Positions 58,480 to 64,000 of a stretch of 64,000 nt of DNA are shown here, in pieces. The translations under genes were made by a program, and so were the position numbers. The stretch's first letter is position 1. Each line of letters begins with the position of its first letter. The notes under the pieces were generated by a model. That model worked only from the letters and a program-made list of their open reading frames with translations. It was not told where the DNA came from and made no database searches. The DNA comes from Eubacteriales bacterium. GTDB lineage: Bacteria; Bacillota; Clostridia; Oscillospirales; CAG-272. The DNA is taken from positions 91,025 to 155,024 of the forward strand of contig JAZQYD010000058.1 of assembly GCA_045633405.1 (NCBI GenBank). Reading direction: 5' to 3'.

Positions 58480-59667
58480 ATGATCACTCAGGAAATCAAG
58501 CTTAATACCCCCGAGAAATACTCGGTTGTAAGAGAAATACCCAAGGCGAAGCTCGAGGCGGCGGCTGAAAAGGCTACCGATAAGCTCGAGGCTCTCGCGA
58601 GAAAGAATCCCGTCGGCTTCCCCGGCACCTGCACCAAGGACTTCAAGCACACCTATGACGTAAACAAGAACTGGGAGGCAGGTATGTATACCGGATGCTT
58701 CTGGCTTGCATACGAGCTCACCGGAAACAAGTTCTTCCGTGAGTGTGCAGAGACTCAGCTTAAGACCTTCCGTGAGAGACTCGACAACAGAGTCGGTGTT
58801 GACGATCACGACGTCGGATTCGTATTTACCCCCTCCGCCCTTGCGGCGTACAGGATCACGGGGTCCGAGTTTGCATACAAGCTTGCTTGCGATGCGGCAG
58901 AGTATCTTTACAGCCCCAACTACTCCGAGGAGGGTAAGTTCATTATCAGATACCACGGCGGATGGAAGACCGGCTTCGGATGCCGTACCATGATGGACTC
59001 GCTTATGAACGCTCCCCTTCTCTTCTGGGCATCCAAGGAGCTCGGACGCGAGGAGCTTTACAGAGCGGCTCTCGATCATAACAGAACCACCGAGCAGTGC
59101 CTTATCAGAGCTGACGGCTCGTCCTTCCACCACTACCAGTTCGACCCCATGACTGCGAAGCCCGTACGCGGCGTAACCCTCCAGGGTCACTCGGATGACT
59201 CCTGCTGGTCGAGAGGTCATTCCTGGGGCGTATACGGATTCGCTATCGCTCACTCCTATGCGAACGAGCAGTTCCTCCGTGACGTGCATAAGGGTGTCAG
59301 CTACTTCATGCTCAACCACCTCCCCGAGGATATGATCCCCTGCTGGGACTATGATTTCGTTACTACTACCGATTACAAGGATGCCTCTGCGGCAGTTATC
59401 TCTGCCTGCGGTATGATGGATATGGCATCTCAGATATCGGATGAGGAGACCTCTACCGTTTACAGAAGTGCGGCGGCTCAGCTGACCGAGGCTGTTATCG
59501 ACAGATGCACCACCGATATCGGCGTCGAATATGACGGACTTATCCACCACGTATCTCACGCTCTACCCCAGAAGCAGGGCTTCGATGAGTGTGCGATCTA
59601 CGGTGACTACTTCTACCTTGAGGCACTCACAAGATATCTTAAGCCCGATTGGGTAAGATACTGGTAA
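58480..59667 (+). CDS. GH88 unsaturated glucuronyl hydrolase, copy 2
   Basis: Same motifs; start reassigned to ATG 58480 (MITQEI, RBS GGAGG). Confidence 0.92.
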   Translation: MITQEIKLNTPEKYSVVREIPKAKLEAAAEKATDKLEALARKNPVGFPGTCTKDFKHTYDVNKNWEAGMYTGCFWLAYELTGNKFFRECAETQLKTFRERLDNRVGVDDHDVGFVFTPSALAAYRITGSEFAYKLACDAAEYLYSPNYSEEGKFIIRYHGGWKTGFGCRTMMDSLMNAPLLFWASKELGREELYRAALDHNRTTEQCLIRADGSSFHHYQFDPMTAKPVRGVTLQGHSDDSCWSRGHSWGVYGFAIAHSYANEQFLRDVHKGVSYFMLNHLPEDMIPCWDYDFVTTTDYKDASAAVISACGMMDMASQISDEETSTVYRSAAAQLTEAVIDRCTTDIGVEYDGLIHHVSHALPQKQGFDECAIYGDYFYLEALTRYLKPDWVRYW

Positions 59668-59689
59668 TTAACCGAGGAGGAGATTACTT

Positions 59690-60856
59690 ATGGTAACCGA
59701 AAAGATCTCGCTTGTAAGACCCGAGAGATTTGCAAGGATTCCCGAGATAAGCCGTGCGAAGCTTATTTCTGCGGTAGAAAAGGCAACGGATAAGCTCGAG
59801 GCTTTTGCCAAGAAGAACCCTTGTGCCTTCCCCGACACCCGCTCGATCGACTTCAAGTATGTGGTCGGCGAGAACAAGAACTGGGAGGCGGGAATGTACA
59901 CGGGCTGCTATTGGCTCGCGTACGAGCTTACGGGCAACGAGTTCTTCCGCCGTGAAGCGGAGAGCCATATTCCCTCGTACAGAACACGTCTTGAGAACAG
60001 AACGGGTATAACCGGACACGACGTCGGCTTTCCCTTCATGCCCTCCTGCGTAGCGGCATACAAGATCACGGGCAACGAGGAGGCACGGAGGATCGCACTC
60101 GATACCGCCGAATACTGTCTTACCGAGCGTTATTTCCCGAAACGCAGATGTATATGCACTACCATGCACCACACGATGATGGATACGCTTATGAATGCAA
60201 CTCTCCTTCTGTGGGCAGGTAAGGAAACGGGAGACGAAAGATATACGGAAGCAGGACTTAATCAGTCGATAGTTACAAAAGAGAATCTCATCAGAGAGGA
60301 CGGCTCGTCCTACCACCATCTCATATTTGACGAAAACACAGACCTCCCTATCGATAAGGTAACCTGGCAGGGACACAGACACGACTCCTGCTGGTCGAGA
60401 GGTCATTCGTGGGGAATTTACGGCTTCCCCGTAGCTTATGACTACACGGGTGCGGACTTCTTACCTAAGCTCCACCGTGATATCACCTATTTCATGCTCA
60501 ATCATCTTCCCGAGGACTGCATCCCCTATTGGGACTATGACTTCACCTCGGGTGACGAATCGCGTGATTCGTCGGCAGGTCTCATTTCTGCGTGCGGAAT
60601 GCTCGAGATGTCGAAGCTTCTGCCCGATACCGCAATGGAGAGAAACGTATATCTCTCTGCGGCGGCACAGATCGTCGAGGCTACGATAGACACCTGCACG
60701 GGAGATATCGGAGTACCTTATGACGGACTTGTCAACAGGGTCACTCACGCCAAGCCTCAGAAGCAGGGCATAGACGAGTGTGCCGTATACGGAGATTATT
60801 TCTATCTCGAGGCACTTGCGAGATTCTTAAAGCCCGACTTTATCAGATATTGGTGA
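59690..60856 (+). CDS. GH88 unsaturated glucuronyl hydrolase, copy 3
   Basis: HDVGF, MMDTLMN, WSRGHSW, DSSA and YGDYFYLE motifs. Confidence 0.92.
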   Translation: MVTEKISLVRPERFARIPEISRAKLISAVEKATDKLEAFAKKNPCAFPDTRSIDFKYVVGENKNWEAGMYTGCYWLAYELTGNEFFRREAESHIPSYRTRLENRTGITGHDVGFPFMPSCVAAYKITGNEEARRIALDTAEYCLTERYFPKRRCICTTMHHTMMDTLMNATLLLWAGKETGDERYTEAGLNQSIVTKENLIREDGSSYHHLIFDENTDLPIDKVTWQGHRHDSCWSRGHSWGIYGFPVAYDYTGADFLPKLHRDITYFMLNHLPEDCIPYWDYDFTSGDESRDSSAGLISACGMLEMSKLLPDTAMERNVYLSAAAQIVEATIDTCTGDIGVPYDGLVNRVTHAKPQKQGIDECAVYGDYFYLEALARFLKPDFIRYW

Positions 60857-60857
60857 C

Positions 60858-60891
60858 CTTTTCCCCACGCTGTGTTATGCGTGGGGAAAAG
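60858..60891 (+). terminator. Strong hairpin after the GH88 cluster
   Basis: CTTTTCCCCACGC-8-GCGTGGGGAAAAG perfect 13-bp stem; weak T tract. Confidence 0.55.
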
Positions 60892-60911
60892 CTTTATGAA
60901 AGGAGAAAACA

Positions 60912-62588
60912 ATGAAAAGGATAATAGCACTCCTCCTGGCTCTCGTTACGGTCTTCTCTCTCGCCGCATGCGGTAAGAGCGATGATAATGACGGCGAAGG
61001 CAAGGAGGTCGAGGATTCTGAGTATGCCGATCCCGCAAAGCTGCTCTCGGCTGTTTTACCGCAGATCAGGGAAGCCTCATCTCTTAAGGTCGACGTATCG
61101 GGATATCTCAAAATAGAACACCCCGCCATACCCGAGGAAAGCACAGACTCGCCCCTTAACGAGGGTGAATACAAGACCGTAAGGCTCTTGGGATTTGAGG
61201 GCTCGGTCATTATTGCGAAGTCGGAGGACTCCGTGAATGCCATAATCGATATAACCTTAAAGCACGTAATTACAGAAAATGGCGAGACCGCATACGATGA
61301 AGAGACTCCCTATCTTATCTACCTTATCGACGGCACTTTTTATAGATATGATGAGTATAAGGAGCTCTGGTTCTCGGGCGACCTTCTTGACAGTGCCGAG
61401 GTATCAAACGCCGTCACGGCTATCCTTGACTCTCTCGCACTCGACAGCGGCGAGGCTACCGAGACTGCCACACGTCTTTGCGAGAAAATTGTGAAGGCTA
61501 TGTGCATCGAGGAGGGCGTCGGAGGCTCATACACCCTTGATGCAAGGGACGAATTCAATAAAATAGTTGAGATGATAAACGGACTCTCAAGAGAAACGGG
61601 AATATCCGACACGGTCAACTATTTCCTCGCATTTATCCATAAGGATCTGACACTGAGAGGAATTGTCGACGAGCTTGAGAAGTACGCAGGAAAGACGGCT
61701 GTTGCGGCAGTGGAGGAGTTCAACAAATGGCTCTCCGCCAATTACGGCGTCACCGCAGATGAGCTCATCAGAGAAGTGATGTCGAGCAAGACTCTTGTGG
61801 CGATCATCGCACCCATTCTCGGACTCACCGACAGTGAGGTCGAGAAATTAAAGAATATAAATTTAGCCGAGTTTGTCGCAAGCTCTCCCTTCGCCGACGA
61901 CGTGCTCTATAACGTAATATCCGAACTCCTCTTCCCCGAGGACGGCCCGACAAAGGCTCAGCTCTTCGCAGAGCTCAGAAGGATATGCAACTCGAATATC
62001 GGCGAGGTAGCCGACAGATATATGGGTGAGGGTGCGATCGATGAGATTATCGAGGATATCAAGGAACGCTTCGGCTCGGTAGTCTTCGATAAGCTCGACA
62101 CTACCCTGACTCTTGACCTTACGGAAAAGAACGAGATTGACTTTATCGACTTGTCTGCAAGCCTCGATATGAATTATACGGTAGCGGAAAGCTCGACCGA
62201 TGACTTCGACTACATGGTGAAGATCTCGGGAGGAGCTACCGTGAAGATTCACTCCATCACGAAAGAGACTTATACAGTCAAGCTTCCCGACGGCTCGAAG
62301 ATCATCCCCGACCTTGTGGGAAAGACTTTCCTCTACCGTATGGGCGATAACGGATATGAATTTATAGGTGCGGTGGGCGTTGACTACCGTGCGGCAATTG
62401 ACGTCGAGCTTGACGTTAATTCCGACGTATCCTACTACGTTTATTACTACGATCTGCCCTTCAGTGCTCTGTCGGGCAATACAATAACCCTCTATGCAAG
62501 CTACGGAAGCAATCAAAATATAAAGGATGATATGACTATCACGTATGATCCCGAGGGCGGCTTCTGGGTGCTCGACGAGACAAAATAA
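60912..62588 (+). CDS. Acidic lipoprotein of unknown function, paralog 1
   Basis: Lipobox LAAC; colinear similarity to the next gene. Confidence 0.8.
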   Translation: MKRIIALLLALVTVFSLAACGKSDDNDGEGKEVEDSEYADPAKLLSAVLPQIREASSLKVDVSGYLKIEHPAIPEESTDSPLNEGEYKTVRLLGFEGSVIIAKSEDSVNAIIDITLKHVITENGETAYDEETPYLIYLIDGTFYRYDEYKELWFSGDLLDSAEVSNAVTAILDSLALDSGEATETATRLCEKIVKAMCIEEGVGGSYTLDARDEFNKIVEMINGLSRETGISDTVNYFLAFIHKDLTLRGIVDELEKYAGKTAVAAVEEFNKWLSANYGVTADELIREVMSSKTLVAIIAPILGLTDSEVEKLKNINLAEFVASSPFADDVLYNVISELLFPEDGPTKAQLFAELRRICNSNIGEVADRYMGEGAIDEIIEDIKERFGSVVFDKLDTTLTLDLTEKNEIDFIDLSASLDMNYTVAESSTDDFDYMVKISGGATVKIHSITKETYTVKLPDGSKIIPDLVGKTFLYRMGDNGYEFIGAVGVDYRAAIDVELDVNSDVSYYVYYYDLPFSALSGNTITLYASYGSNQNIKDDMTITYDPEGGFWVLDETK

Positions 62589-62598
62589 TATATTTTCA

Positions 62599-62632
62599 CA
62601 AAAAAGGACTCCGCACGTGGAGTCCTTTTTTG
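62599..62632 (+). terminator. Rho-independent terminator
   Basis: AAAAAAGGACTCC-GCACGT-GGAGTCCTTTTTT. Confidence 0.8.
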
Positions 62633-62760
62633 GTTTTTTGTAGGTTTATGACAAAAATTCTCGCTTTGAATTTTTTTCTTGCATTCGTCACTCTCATATG
62701 CTATAATTTAGATACGGTATATTACCGATCTTCCATTTATACTTAAAAAGGAGAATGACA

Positions 62761-64000
62761 ATGAAAAAATTATTAGCACTTTTGCTCGCTCTCATTATGG
62801 TCTTCTCTCTTGTTGCATGCGGCAAGGATGATGACACTGATGACAGCAACAAGAATGATGATAACACCGCTACTGTCGATGCGAGCAAGCTCTTTAATGC
62901 AATTATTGCACAGCTCGGCAGTGCAAATTCCGCCAAGATCGACATCGATCTCACCACCTCAATAGAAAGCTCCTATTGGGATTATGAAGACTACGATGAA
63001 GAAAAGGACGAAGGAATCAACCCCTATCTTTACACCTGGAACAGAACGGCTACCGTCAAGGGAAGCATTTCTGTTATAAGAGCAGGCTCCACTCTGACCG
63101 CTAAGATCGACCTCGCCACTACGCACGTAGCCGACCGAGGCGAGAACGGTAAGTTCAACGAGGAAGGAAGGATTCTCGCTTACTTCGTAGACGGCACTCT
63201 TTACGTTTATAACGAGGATTCCGATGCATACAAGACCGAAAATATAGACGGCGATTTCGAGGAAATACTCGCATTCGTTCTCGATAACAGAGATCTTGAT
63301 GACGGCGAGGCTAAGAAGATCGCTCTCAAGATTACCGAGAAGCTTGCAAAGGCTCTCAACGTCAAGGACGGAGTCGGCGGCGAGTTTAATATCGACCTTA
63401 AGAAGACTCTTAATGATTATCTTGCAATAGTTAACGGTCTCACCCCCGAAACCAAGGTTGCCGACATCATCAACCCCATCCTCGCTATCCTCGACAAGGA
63501 TCTCACTATTACGAAGCTTATCGACGAGCTCGAGGCTTTCTCCGGCCTCACCGTTAAGGAGGGTGTGGAGAAGATCGACAAGTATCTTGCCGATGAGTTC
63601 GGAACAAGCCTTCAGGCTATCGTGGACGACGTGCTTGCGAACGATGAGCTTGCAGAACAGCTTGCAGACGAGCTCGAGATGACCGTCGAGGAGCTCAGAG
63701 CCATCAAGATCTACGATCTTCTTTCCGAGCACGATATATCCAACGCGGTTATCTTCGACCTCATTGCAATATACGTGATCCCCGAGGATGCTCCTGCAAA
63801 GGCTGAGCTCTTCACTCAGGTGAAGGAATTGGCTAACGGAACCCTCGGCGACCTCCTTAAGGGCATTTTCGGTTACTCCGATGAAGGCGTCGCTAACGTC
63901 ATCGACACTATCAAGAGACGAGTCGGCAACTACTCATTCGATAAGCTCGAGGCAAGCGTTAAGCTTAATTTGAAGAGTGACAACTCGATCGACAATATCG
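62761..64000 (+). CDS. Acidic lipoprotein of unknown function, paralog 2 (runs off the window end)
   Basis: Not in the ORF track. Manual translation MKKLLALLLALIMVFSLVACGKDDD...; shares Y.(I/V)DGT.Y.Y, GVGG...D, KDLT...DELE, PED.P.KA.LF and IK.R.G...FDKL with 60912-62588. Confidence 0.8.
   Translation, partial: MKKLLALLLALIMVFSLVACGKDDDTDDSNKNDDNTATVDASKLFNAIIAQLGSANSAKIDIDLTTSIESSYWDYEDYDEEKDEGINPYLYTWNRTATVKGSISVIRAGSTLTAKIDLATTHVADRGENGKFNEEGRILAYFVDGTLYVYNEDSDAYKTENIDGDFEEILAFVLDNRDLDDGEAKKIALKITEKLAKALNVKDGVGGEFNIDLKKTLNDYLAIVNGLTPETKVADIINPILAILDKDLTITKLIDELEAFSGLTVKEGVEKIDKYLADEFGTSLQAIVDDVLANDELAEQLADELEMTVEELRAIKIYDLLSEHDISNAVIFDLIAIYVIPEDAPAKAELFTQVKELANGTLGDLLKGIFGYSDEGVANVIDTIKRRVGNYSFDKLEASVKLNLKSDNSIDNI

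Noticed and set aside
62959..63732. 257-aa minus-strand ORF
   Set aside because: Antisense shadow of the truncated lipoprotein starting at 62761.
1..64000. CRISPR arrays, tRNA/rRNA genes, IS elements, integrases, prophage genes
   Set aside because: No regularly spaced direct repeats, cloverleaf or rRNA signatures, or transposase/integrase motifs seen; intergenic gaps are short and explained by promoters and terminators.

Overview
Chromosomal window of a low-GC-phylum bacterium with roughly 50% GC coding DNA. Inferred to be an uncultured Clostridia-type Firmicute from its sigma-A TTGACA-17-TATAAT promoters, GGAGG RBSs, fakA/degV, hisZ, a YerC-type his regulator and split MetH. Housekeeping blocks: pnp-rpsO, rdgB, fhs, yceD-rpmF, pyk, metF/metH, chromate transporter pair, complete his operon, fatty-acid kinase/PlsX cluster. 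Interleaved is a dispersed, mostly secreted glycan-degradation set: two paralogous giant heparinase II/III-type lyases, a tandem CE4 deacetylase, a phosphatase with four LamG domains, a GH5-like enzyme, three tandem GH88 hydrolases, an AraC regulator and several lipoproteins. No rRNA, tRNA, CRISPR or transposase was recognised. Best leads: (1) an unnamed ~130-150 aa module shared by three unrelated secreted enzymes (candidate surface-anchoring/assembly domain); (2) a 37-aa YxxPxL-leader peptide under a perfect promoter, heading the phosphatase operon with no maturation genes nearby; (3) a fakA-plsX-fakB-GNAT(YghO/bCerS-like)-ACP operon suggesting N-acyl lipid synthesis from scavenged fatty acids; (4) an identically positioned operator upstream of both lyase transcription units; (5) near-absence of GCGC. 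All family calls are from manual motif reading; no database searches were run.
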